From assembly GCA_036796695.1 (NCBI GenBank), contig DAIRCK010000001.1:16539-80538 (forward strand): a stretch of 64,000 nucleotides of DNA. Direction: 5' to 3'. Position numbers and translations under genes: made by a program. Source of the stretch: a bacterium. Lineage in GTDB: Bacteria; Hydrothermota; Tepidihabitantia; SM23-42; JAOAFX01. The notes beneath the pieces were generated by a model. The model searched no databases. It had not been told where the DNA came from and saw only the letters and a list, made by a program, of their open reading frames with translations. This document shows positions 46,897 through 55,950 of this stretch, piece after piece; positions within the stretch are counted from its first letter, which is position 1, and each line of letters opens with the position of its first letter.

Positions 46897-49800
46897 TCAT
46901 TGGTAAAGTGTCTCATTGTTATTGCCTGCTGTGGACAGGATGCAGCACAACTACCACAACCCTTACAATAGGCAGATATGACTTCTGAACGATAACCTTT
47001 TTCAGTCTTTTTCAACAAATGTGCCTGATACGCGCACAAGACCTCGCAGATTCCACAACCAATGCATTTTTCTTTATCCACTTCAGCAACTGCAGGCAGG
47101 ACTTCGATTGTATTACTGGCGAGCACAATACCCGCCCTTGCACTCGCTGCCTGAGCCTGGGCAATTGATTCATCAATCGCCTTTGGTGAATGTGCCATAC
47201 CACAGATAAATATTCCATCTGTAGCAAAATCAACAGGACGTAATTTCATATGTGCCTCAAGGAAAAAACCATCCTCATTCAGAGGCACTTTTAATAACTG
47301 GGCAATCTCTTTATTAGATTTGTCCGGTACAATCCCTACTGAAAGAACCACAATGTCAGCAATTATTTCAATCGTTTCATCAAGTATCGGTTCTCTTGCT
47401 CTTACAATCAAGTTCTCTTTATCTATAATAATTTCAGGTTTATATTCATCATCATATCTTATAAATATCACACCCGCATCCCTTGCTTTTTGATAATATA
47501 TTTCATTAAACCCGTATGCCCTTATATCTTTGTAAAAGATAATTACCTCGTTTTCAGGATTTCTCTGTTTAATAAGCAAAGCATTTTTTATCGCCTGAGA
47601 ACAACATATACGGCTGCAATACTTTCTCTCTTCATCCCGCGACCCAACACATTGAATCATTACAATGGTTTTATGGTCTGATAGTCTGATAGTCGGATAG
47701 TCGGATGGTCGGATAGTCGGATGGTCTGATCCCCTGATACCCTGATCCCCTGATATCCTGATATCCTGATAACCTGATAACCTGATTTCCAGCTCCCTCT
47801 GTGTAATTATCCTCGGGTCTTTGCCATAGAAGTATTCGGTTGGTTTATACTCTTTGGCACCGGTTGCAACGATTATTACCCCGTGTTCAATCTCAATTAT
47901 TTCCTGATTATTTTTTCCAATTTCTCGTCTTTCTATTCTTGTATGGAAGTTTCCGATATATCCAGTCACCGATTCTATTTTACTACTTTTATAAATTTTT
48001 ATATTGGGGTGTGATTCAACTTTATTTATCAACGAATTCAAATATTCTTTAACATCCCTTCCATCAATTGTATTATTTATATGCCTTGCATTCCCGCCCA
48101 ATTCTTCCTTCTCTTCTACAAGAAAAACTTCGTAACCCTGGTTTGCCAGACTCAATCCTGCATTCATTCCACTGATTCCACCACCGATAACAAGTGCCTT
48201 CTGAATCACCGGGATAGTAATTGCTGGTAGAGGTTCTAAATAACCTGCCCGGGCACAAGCCATTCTTACAAGGTCCTTTGCCTTAGCTGTTGCCTGTTCA
48301 GGTTCCTGGGAATGAACCCAGGAACACTGATCTCTTATATTTGTGAATTCTAAAAGAAATTTATTCAATCCTTTTTCCCTTATCGTCTCCTGGAATAAAA
48401 CCTCATGGGTTCTTGGTGTGCAGGCAGCAACGACAACCCGGTTAAGTCTATACTTCTCAATCATCTCTTTTATATGTCGTTGTGAATCATCAGAACAGGA
48501 ATATAGATTATTCTCTGCATATACTACATTGGGTAAGGTCTTTGCATATTCAACAACCTCCATCACATTCACTGTTCCGGCAATATTTATCCCGCAATGG
48601 CAGACAAAGACACCAATTCTTGGTGGTTCACCAGAAAAATCAATTTCCGCAGGATATTCAATTTTTTTTGTGAGTGAAAACCTTTGGTCTTTTATCAACT
48701 CAATTGCATTCTGTGCTGCACCGCTTGCCTCAATCACGGTCTCAGGAATATCTTTGGGTGCAGATGCAGTTCCACAGAGAAAAATTCCAGGCTGGATGGT
48801 CTCAACTGTAGAAAATGGAAGGGATTTGAAAAAGTTGAATTCAGTTAGTTCCAAATTCAAAATTTGGGCAAGTTTTTTGACATTATCATCAGGCACCAAT
48901 CCCACCGATAATACAACCATATCAAACTCTTCTTTTATTAATTTACCCTGCTCATCCTCATATTTGAGCAACAGATTTTTGCTCTCGGGTAATTCCTTTA
49001 TTTCTCCGATCATCGCCCATTTGAATCTTATCCCATATTTTTCTTTTGCCCTTTTGTAGTATGCCTCAAAACCCTTGCCAAATGTGCGCATATCCATATA
49101 AAATATTGTGCATTCAAGAGAACGATTATGTTCCTTCATTAAGATCGCCTCTTTTATGGCATAGGCACAGCAGACTGAAGAGCAATACCCCTGACCCGAT
49201 TTTGTATCACGTGAGCCCACACATTGAATAAAGGCAACCCTTTCTGGTTCTCTCTTATCAGATAGTCTTAACAGATGCCCCTGAAAGGGTCCAGATGCAT
49301 TCAATATCCTTTCCAGTTCAATAGATTTTATTACATTTTGATATCTCCCATAACCATACATCGGCTTTAGACGCGGGTCAAAATGTTTAACACCTGTGCC
49401 AATGATGATACTGCCAATATTAATATCAATAATCTTATCACTCAGATTAAAATCAACTGCCTTTGTTGGGCATAGAATCTCACAGACCCTGCATTTACCA
49501 CCCTTTAAAAAATAGGTGCAATGCGCTTTATCAATCACTGCCTTGTTCGGAACTGCCTGGGGAAATGGAACATAAATTGCCTTTCTTTTTCCCAGGCCAG
49601 ATTCAAATTCTGATTCAACCTTAATCGGGCATTTTTGCCAGCAAACACCACAACCATTACACTTTTCCCAGTCCACAAATGGAGATTTTTTCAAAATTCG
49701 CACATTAAAGTTGCCTGGCTTGCCTGATAACTCCAAAAGTTCTGCATAGGTAATTAATTCAATATTTGGATGCCTTCCGGCACTAACAAGTTTCGGAGCA

Positions 49801-49994
49801 AGGATACACATTGAACAATCATTCGTGGGAAAGGTCTTGTCAAGTTGTGCCATCACACCGCCAATACTCGGTTCTTTTTCTAATAAATAAACCTTGAAAC
49901 CGGAGTCCGCGAGGTCTAATGATGCCTGAACTCCACCAATACCACCACCCACAACTAAAACCGCACCAATTGTGTTATTATCTTTGGCATCCAT
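46860..49994 (-). CDS. hdrA: Large HdrA-like flavoprotein paralog, 1044 aa
   Basis: Same two-module architecture as 42834-45908. Confidence 0.93.
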   Translation of the reverse strand: MDAKDNNTIGAVLVVGGGIGGVQASLDLADSGFKVYLLEKEPSIGGVMAQLDKTFPTNDCSMCILAPKLVSAGRHPNIELITYAELLELSGKPGNFNVRILKKSPFVDWEKCNGCGVCWQKCPIKVESEFESGLGKRKAIYVPFPQAVPNKAVIDKAHCTYFLKGGKCRVCEILCPTKAVDFNLSDKIIDINIGSIIIGTGVKHFDPRLKPMYGYGRYQNVIKSIELERILNASGPFQGHLLRLSDKREPERVAFIQCVGSRDTKSGQGYCSSVCCAYAIKEAILMKEHNRSLECTIFYMDMRTFGKGFEAYYKRAKEKYGIRFKWAMIGEIKELPESKNLLLKYEDEQGKLIKEEFDMVVLSVGLVPDDNVKKLAQILNLELTEFNFFKSLPFSTVETIQPGIFLCGTASAPKDIPETVIEASGAAQNAIELIKDQRFSLTKKIEYPAEIDFSGEPPRIGVFVCHCGINIAGTVNVMEVVEYAKTLPNVVYAENNLYSCSDDSQRHIKEMIEKYRLNRVVVAACTPRTHEVLFQETIREKGLNKFLLEFTNIRDQCSWVHSQEPEQATAKAKDLVRMACARAGYLEPLPAITIPVIQKALVIGGGISGMNAGLSLANQGYEVFLVEEKEELGGNARHINNTIDGRDVKEYLNSLINKVESHPNIKIYKSSKIESVTGYIGNFHTRIERREIGKNNQEIIEIEHGVIIVATGAKEYKPTEYFYGKDPRIITQRELEIRLSGYQDIRISGDQGIRGSDHPTIRPSDYPTIRLSDHKTIVMIQCVGSRDEERKYCSRICCSQAIKNALLIKQRNPENEVIIFYKDIRAYGFNEIYYQKARDAGVIFIRYDDEYKPEIIIDKENLIVRAREPILDETIEIIADIVVLSVGIVPDKSNKEIAQLLKVPLNEDGFFLEAHMKLRPVDFATDGIFICGMAHSPKAIDESIAQAQAASARAGIVLASNTIEVLPAVAEVDKEKCIGCGICEVLCAYQAHLLKKTEKGYRSEVISAYCKGCGSCAASCPQQAITMRHFTNEQIMAMVEALYE
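47666..47785. repeat. 15 x 8-nt degenerate tandem array inside hdrA
   Basis: Last 8 units are identical to those of the 43637 array; 3 more units. Confidence 0.9.
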
Positions 49995-50020
49995 AATATT
50001 CCCTCACCCTTAAACTCTAC

Positions 50021-50896
50021 CTATAATTTCTCCAATAATACCTTTGTAGATACTCTGTTCATCTGCAAACCCAGTGCCTTTGGTTCCAGACCCATTGCGA
50101 GTCCTAAAACCTGCGGATAATAAAGCACCGGAAGGTTATATTGCTCCTGGAACTTCTGCTCAATCCTTTTCTGATTATCATCGAACATCACACTACAGAA
50201 TGGACACATAAGGACCATCGCATCCGCCGAATTATTTGATAGCTCTTTTAATTTTGGTCTGGTCAGGGAATAAGCTGTATCCTCGTTGATAGCGAGTATT
50301 CCAGCACCACAACATTTCAATTTTTCAGAGTAATTTACCACTTTTGCCCCTGTTACTGCAATCAATTCATCCAGGGATTTTGGATTCTCCGGGTCTTCAG
50401 CAGGTTCATAGATATCAGAGGGCTTTAAATAGTGACAACCATAATGCGGGGCAAGGGTTAGATTGGCTAATCTCTTTTTTACGAAATCTTCAATCTTCTT
50501 TGTGCCGATCTCTTCATATAAAATTTTTACCAGATGTTTGACCCTGATCCCCTTACCCATTCTGAATTCAATACCCTGTTTTTTGAATTGGGCAATTAAC
50601 TTTGCCTTTTCATCAAAATGTTCATTCAGGTGCTTATTGACCTCGGTTAAAGAACCGGTGCAGGCACTGCACAAAGTGCAGATATCAATTCCTTTTTCCT
50701 CTGCAGCCAAGATATTGCGCGCTGCCATTAAGTAGTATGTATTATAGTGGACTGATTTCAAAGGGAATCCACAGCATTCAAAATCATCAAAGTCAACAAG
50801 TTCAATACCCAGGGCTCGAGCAACTGCCCTTGCTGATATTTCGTAGTTTCTACCCCGACCCAGAACCGTGCAACCCGGGAATAAAGCATATTTCAT
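50021..50896 (-). CDS. hdrB: Heterodisulfide reductase subunit B
   Basis: Two CCG domains (ECCGFP, KCCGAG), YGCHYLKP, CPFC. Confidence 0.93.
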   Translation of the reverse strand: MKYALFPGCTVLGRGRNYEISARAVARALGIELVDFDDFECCGFPLKSVHYNTYYLMAARNILAAEEKGIDICTLCSACTGSLTEVNKHLNEHFDEKAKLIAQFKKQGIEFRMGKGIRVKHLVKILYEEIGTKKIEDFVKKRLANLTLAPHYGCHYLKPSDIYEPAEDPENPKSLDELIAVTGAKVVNYSEKLKCCGAGILAINEDTAYSLTRPKLKELSNNSADAMVLMCPFCSVMFDDNQKRIEQKFQEQYNLPVLYYPQVLGLAMGLEPKALGLQMNRVSTKVLLEKL

Positions 50897-50967
50897 AAGA
50901 CCCCACCCTTCACTTTTGGACCATCTAAGAATAATGTTAATGATACAATACTCTCTTTAGCGCATTT

Positions 50968-51089
50968 AAATTCGAAATCCGAGGCACTAAATTCTAAACA
51001 AATCCAAAGAAGAAATAACCACTGTTTGGAGCCTGGAAATTTGCGATTTAAGTATTGCTTAGAATTTAGAATTTTTGTATTAGGATTTA
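50968..51089. repeat. MITE-like element with 7-nt-period inverted arms
   Basis: Left AAATTCG AAATCCG AGGCACT AAATTCT AAACAAAT; right TTAGAATTTAGAATTT..TTAGGATTT. Confidence 0.65.
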
Positions 51090-51583
51090 TTTCCATTTCT
51101 ATTTCTCTGAATAATCTTATCAATCCCAGTTATCTCCATTATGCGCTGGGTGAATCCCTTTGATTTTGCGACCTTAGGAAGTCCCATTGCTGCTCTTTTG
51201 TTATTGTCAAATTCATCAATTTCATACAATCTTCCGAATTGTCTTAAGAGACCTATCTGCTGGATATATGCATCTGGAACATACCCTTCTTTTACAGCAA
51301 GATTTTTTATCGCATTCATCACATCGGTGAACCTGACTCCCTGGGGACATCTCTCAGTACAGGCATAACAACTTGAACAGAACCAGATGAAATCATTTTC
51401 AAGAACCCGCTTTTTCATTCCAAGAAGAATCATCCTTATTATCTTTCTCGGATTGTATCTTTCATCAATCTCCCTGACCGGACAACTTGCAGTGCATATT
51501 CCACAGGCAAAACAGAGTTTTATATTTTCACCACCTGGTTCCTGTGCAACTTCATATTTAAATTTTGGGTCAATCTCATTCAT
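51080..51583 (-). CDS. hdrC: Heterodisulfide reductase subunit C
   Basis: CFACGICTASCP, CSSCYACTERCPQG; start at ATG 51583 with SD. Confidence 0.92.
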   Translation of the reverse strand: MNEIDPKFKYEVAQEPGGENIKLCFACGICTASCPVREIDERYNPRKIIRMILLGMKKRVLENDFIWFCSSCYACTERCPQGVRFTDVMNAIKNLAVKEGYVPDAYIQQIGLLRQFGRLYEIDEFDNNKRAAMGLPKVAKSKGFTQRIMEITGIDKIIQRNRNGNKS

Positions 51584-51609
51584 AAATCTCCTGCCTTCTT
51601 CACCCCTAT

Positions 51610-52404
51610 TCATCTAAACAGTAGGTGCTTTTCTATCTTTTTCAGCAGTGTCTGGGTGTCGACAGGTTTATCAATGAAATCATCTGCAAGATGGTCAATT
51701 GCAATGTCAACTGCATATTCAGGTTTTGAAAGTTGCTGTCCTATTGCTGTTAGCATAATTATCGGAATTGGCCTTGTCTGCGGATTCCTTCTTAATTCAT
51801 AACATACTGTATATCCATCCTTTCCCGGCATAATCACATCAAGAAATATCAAATCTGGATTTTCAATCTTTGCCTTCTGTATACCTTCATCACCATCTTT
51901 TGCAGTAATCACTTCAAAACGATTTGCCAGAAGGATCTGTTTTGTCGCTTCAAGAAAATCCGGATCATCATCAACGAGTAAAATCTTAGGTCTTTCACTT
52001 TCTACCTTTGGTTTAGGTGCGGAAGTAGTTAAAAGGAAGTTAACCTTGTCTAAAAGTAATTCAGGGCTTGCAGGTTTTTCAATATAAGCATCTGCTTTAT
52101 GCTGAATACCAATGTTTTCCGGATAACCGCCTGGTTTTGCACCAATAGAAGTGAAGAGAATTACTGGTATATTCTGTAAGTTAGGATCATCCTTTATCTC
52201 CCGGCAGACAGAAAAGCCATTTATATCCGGGAGGATAACATCAAGGATAATTAGATCAGGCTTTTCATTAAGCACCTTTTGAATTCCGGTCTTTCCATCA
52301 TAGGCAGGAATAACTTCGTATCCAGCATTATTGAGAATGATTTTGTTTGCTTCAACAAAATCCCTATCATCATCAATGAATAAAATTTTTGATTTTTTCA
52401 TCAC
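51610..52404 (-). CDS. Tandem double-receiver (REC-REC) protein with no output domain
   Basis: Two complete REC domains (LDVILPD..EKP; LDVIMPG..DKP). Confidence 0.88.
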   Translation of the reverse strand: MMKKSKILFIDDDRDFVEANKIILNNAGYEVIPAYDGKTGIQKVLNEKPDLIILDVILPDINGFSVCREIKDDPNLQNIPVILFTSIGAKPGGYPENIGIQHKADAYIEKPASPELLLDKVNFLLTTSAPKPKVESERPKILLVDDDPDFLEATKQILLANRFEVITAKDGDEGIQKAKIENPDLIFLDVIMPGKDGYTVCYELRRNPQTRPIPIIMLTAIGQQLSKPEYAVDIAIDHLADDFIDKPVDTQTLLKKIEKHLLFR

Positions 52405-53526
52405 TCACTCCTTTTTTTCATCCCTCTCCATATTGATAGAAAAGGGCAAATAAACTGTAAATGTGCTTCCTTCATTTATTTTACTCTGGATTTCAAGCCT
52501 ACCATTATGAATATCAAGAATCTTTTTAACGATTGCAAGACCCAATCCAGAGCCACTTGCAATACCTTCTCTTTTTACCCTGTAGAATTCTTCACCGAGC
52601 CTTTGGAGTTCATCTTCAGAAATTCCAATCCCGGTATCGGTTATATCAATTGCTATATAATCTCCGTTTTCTCTGAAATTTATAAATACCGAACCCTGAT
52701 CTTTATTGTATTTAACCCCATTGGTGATAAGATTTATAAAAACCTCTTTAATTAACTCCCTATCACCAAAAATTATATAATCTTTGTCTTTTAACTGTTT
52801 TTCAATCCTTATTCCCTTTTCAAGTGCCAGGGGCTTTATCAATTCCACCGACTCATCAATTATCGGCTCAAGGAGGAATTCCTGAAAATTTTCCTTGATG
52901 TTTAGTTCTTCAATCCGGGCAAGTTTTAACCACCGATTAATCAAAGCAAGAAGTTCATTAAGCCTGAACTTCATTCTTTCTATAATCTGTTTTTGCTGAT
53001 CTGAAACCTGACCAGCCATTCCTCCATAAAGGACCTCAAGGTATTGTATAACTGCAACCAGTGGTGTGCGCAACTCATGCGAAACAAGAGAAATAAAATT
53101 CTGACGCATCATTTCTTTTTCTTTTTCAATTTTTTCTTTTTCATCAAGGTCTTTCTTTCTTGCAATTGCACGCTCGACAATCACGATAAGTTCCTCAGCA
53201 GTGAATGGTTTGGGTAAAAAATCAAATGCACCGTTCTTCATAGATTCAACCGCAGTCTCAATAGAAGCATAACCGGTTATGACAATTGGAATAATATTTG
53301 TTTTCTTATCGACAATAGTTTTGAGCACATCCATCCCGCTCACACCAGGCATCTTCAAATCAATGAATACTATGTCGGGTTTAAATTCTTCAAACTTCTT
53401 CAACCCCTCTGAACCATTATTCGCAATTTCAACTGAATAATTTTTATCAGCCAAAATTTGATAACAGGCATCACATATAGTCGGTTCATCATCAACAATA
53501 AGTATTTTATAAGACTTTGATTTCAT
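52405..53526 (-). CDS. Cytoplasmic hybrid REC-histidine kinase
   Basis: REC, VSHELRTPL, NLITNGVKYN, GSGLGL. Confidence 0.9.
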   Translation of the reverse strand: MKSKSYKILIVDDEPTICDACYQILADKNYSVEIANNGSEGLKKFEEFKPDIVFIDLKMPGVSGMDVLKTIVDKKTNIIPIVITGYASIETAVESMKNGAFDFLPKPFTAEELIVIVERAIARKKDLDEKEKIEKEKEMMRQNFISLVSHELRTPLVAVIQYLEVLYGGMAGQVSDQQKQIIERMKFRLNELLALINRWLKLARIEELNIKENFQEFLLEPIIDESVELIKPLALEKGIRIEKQLKDKDYIIFGDRELIKEVFINLITNGVKYNKDQGSVFINFRENGDYIAIDITDTGIGISEDELQRLGEEFYRVKREGIASGSGLGLAIVKKILDIHNGRLEIQSKINEGSTFTVYLPFSINMERDEKKE

Positions 53527-53723
53527 TTTTTCTTCTTTCCATTTCCATTACGACTTTCCTGTTTTTTTTTCATAATATAGCTCTGATAAACAGGACATTC
53601 AAAATATCCCAGTTCACATTTTGAATATTCTTTGCCCTTACCCTTGGGAATCATCTTCCTTACCGGAGCAACTGCACAGTAATTTACAATGATTTCTTCA
53701 AGAAATGGACATCTCATACACAT
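53523..53723 (-). CDS. Small four-Cys protein (CPFL..YC..C..CPVY), first gene of the sigma54 operon
   Basis: 66 aa, overlaps the next start (ATGA), sits right after the sigma54 promoter. Confidence 0.7.
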   Translation of the reverse strand: MCMRCPFLEEIIVNYCAVAPVRKMIPKGKGKEYSKCELGYFECPVYQSYIMKKKQESRNGNGKKKK

Positions 53724-53732
53724 ACCTTAATA

Positions 53733-53748
53733 TGCAAAAAACGTGCCT
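53733..53748 (-). promoter_or_regulatory. sigma54 -24/-12 promoter AGGCACGTTTTTTGCA
   Basis: GGCACG-N4-TTGCA at correct spacing. Confidence 0.8.
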
Positions 53749-53818
53749 GGTTCTCTGAAGAAAACTAATGAAAAATCTTGACTTTTTTCTCTTTTGGAGA
53801 AACATGCCTTATCTTTAT

Positions 53819-53885
53819 TGTTTATTTTTTAAACAGATATATTTCTCTTTATTTTCTGATATGTTTATTGTTTAATTTTTCAACA
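53819..53885. promoter_or_regulatory. Two 17-nt TGTT-N9-AACA palindromes, candidate enhancer sites
   Basis: 53819-53835 TGTTTATTTTTTAAACA; 53869-53885 TGTTTAATTTTTCAACA. Confidence 0.5.
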
Positions 53886-53944
53886 CATAATATTGATTTT
53901 TAATAGTTGTGATTAAATTCTTTAAAATCTGTTTTAATGAATTC

Positions 53945-55858
53945 TTAAACGGGTAATTTGATAATGAATGTCGTTCCTTTACCAGGCTCACTTTTTACTT
54001 CAATTGTACCGTTGTGGTCTTCAATGATACGTTTGCTAATAGAAAGTCCGAGTCCAACACCATGGGTAGCCTCTTTCGTTGTGAAAAATGGCTCAAATAT
54101 CTTTTTGTGATATTCGGGTTTTATCCCCGGGCCAGTATCAGAGATCAATATACAGATAAACTTATTATCTTCTGATAATTTAGATTCAATCTTTAACTCA
54201 CCCGATCCTTCCATCGCTTCAACCCCATTCATAATAATATTAATGAGCACCTGCTGGATTTGACTGGGATCAATATTTATCAGAGGTAAATCATTAAGCC
54301 CAAGTTTTATTGTGATATTTAAGAAAATTGCCTGGGTCTTCAACAGATTCAATGTTGACTCAATCAATTCATTTACTGATGCCTTCTTTATCTCTGGTTT
54401 TTTCTGACGGGCGAAATCCAGGAGTCCTTTTACTATGGTCTTGCACCTTTGTGCTTCATTATTTATTCGTAGCAAATTCTTTTTATAAGGATGGTCATCA
54501 GGAAGATTTTTTAACATTAGGTCACAGTAAAGTAAAATACCGGTGAGAGGGTTGTTTATCTCATGGGCAACCCCAGCTGCAAGCTGTCCAATGATTGCCA
54601 GTCTTTCAGCTTCAGCGATAGTCTGCTGGGCATATTTTTTTAATTCCTCATCGCGCTTTTTTATGGAATCAATCATATACTGAAAGGCATTTGCCAGGTC
54701 TTCAATCTCATCTTTAGTCTTTATATCAATCTTCTCGGGGAAATTACCCTTGCCAATTTCCCGTGCTGCCTTTGCAATCATAGCAATGGACCTAGTTATG
54801 GTTCCTGACAGAAAATATGAGAACCCTGTAACTGCAACCATCGCAATAATGGTTAAACCGATAAAAAAAAGGATTATCCTGTTGCGCATATCTGTATATT
54901 TTGCCTCAAGAATTCCCACATATAGAACACCTATTATCTCACCAAGAAAATTTCTTATTGGACGATATGCGGTTATATACCAGTCAGTCACAACAAATGC
55001 CCTTGCCATCCAGGTCTGTCCTTTCTCAATAACCCCTTCATAGACCTCTTTTGATATGAGCGTGCCAATTGCCCTTGAGCCATCAATATTCTTTACATTT
55101 GTCGAAACCCTAAGGTCCTTCATAAATATCGTTGCAGTTCCTATATCCCTGCCCTTATACTGTTCATTCATAAAAACAGTATTTTTGATTCGGTCTACAA
55201 TATCAAAATTGTTATTTATCAATTTCCCGGCATATACAACCCCGATGATATTTTCATCATCGTCTAAAATAGGTGCACCTGCAATAATGGTCAGACCCGA
55301 TGTTTCTATTCCTGTGCGCTGAAATTTTACCCTTACGGTTGATAGAATTTCTATCTCTGCCCTTTTTTGAAGCACAGGATTTTCTCTTTTTAGTCGCTCG
55401 CCACTGAGTATTTCAGTAGAATAAGCAGGTGTTTTATTTTTTATAATATATTCAATCATCGGGATATAGAATGTATCATTTTTGACCTCAGGGTTTGAAC
55501 CCCGGGCAAGGACACAACCATTTTCGTCAGTTACAGAAAGAAAATCCAGTCTTTCTGTATTTATCACCCTTTTCAACTCCTGAATAATCTTTTTCCTTTC
55601 ATTTTTTATGATGGCATCCTTTAAAAAAAATCTTGTGGCGGTGAGTCTGCACACATAAAGCACCTGATTGGCAAACTGGTCATATATTTCACCCGCGGAA
55701 TTCAAATCCGCACTCACCCGATTCTGTGCCTGATTGATTATACCCTGATTGATAGTAATAATACCTATGATGGAACACAAAATTCCAACCAGCCCTACAG
55801 CGAGTATATAACTCAAAGCAAGTTTTATCCTCAAGGAATTTAATTGAAAGAGTGCCAA
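53945..55858 (-). CDS. Cache-domain, HAMP sensor histidine kinase
   Basis: RDIGTATIF..RVSTNV..RAIGT Cache signature; AHEINNPL; GVGLGLS. Confidence 0.9.
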   Translation of the reverse strand: MALFQLNSLRIKLALSYILAVGLVGILCSIIGIITINQGIINQAQNRVSADLNSAGEIYDQFANQVLYVCRLTATRFFLKDAIIKNERKKIIQELKRVINTERLDFLSVTDENGCVLARGSNPEVKNDTFYIPMIEYIIKNKTPAYSTEILSGERLKRENPVLQKRAEIEILSTVRVKFQRTGIETSGLTIIAGAPILDDDENIIGVVYAGKLINNNFDIVDRIKNTVFMNEQYKGRDIGTATIFMKDLRVSTNVKNIDGSRAIGTLISKEVYEGVIEKGQTWMARAFVVTDWYITAYRPIRNFLGEIIGVLYVGILEAKYTDMRNRIILFFIGLTIIAMVAVTGFSYFLSGTITRSIAMIAKAAREIGKGNFPEKIDIKTKDEIEDLANAFQYMIDSIKKRDEELKKYAQQTIAEAERLAIIGQLAAGVAHEINNPLTGILLYCDLMLKNLPDDHPYKKNLLRINNEAQRCKTIVKGLLDFARQKKPEIKKASVNELIESTLNLLKTQAIFLNITIKLGLNDLPLINIDPSQIQQVLINIIMNGVEAMEGSGELKIESKLSEDNKFICILISDTGPGIKPEYHKKIFEPFFTTKEATHGVGLGLSISKRIIEDHNGTIEVKSEPGKGTTFIIKLPV

Positions 55859-55877
55859 GTTAAATGCTCCTTGTATA

Positions 55878-55905
55878 ATTATATCAAACTCAAACCCGAA
55901 GTCAA
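55878..55905 (-). promoter_or_regulatory. sigma70-like promoter TTGACT-N16-TATAAT
   Basis: Motif read directly. Confidence 0.7.
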
Positions 55906-55950
55906 GTAATGCATCAACTTACCATTTTTATAGAATTTTTCCAAATCAAC

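Noticed and set aside
43637-47785. CRISPR or DGR interpretation of the octamer arrays
   Set aside because: No spacers, no reverse transcriptase, and differences are not adenine-specific.
50893-51123. 76-aa ORF between hdrC and hdrB
   Set aside because: It is mostly the translation of the heptamer repeat element and overlaps hdrC.
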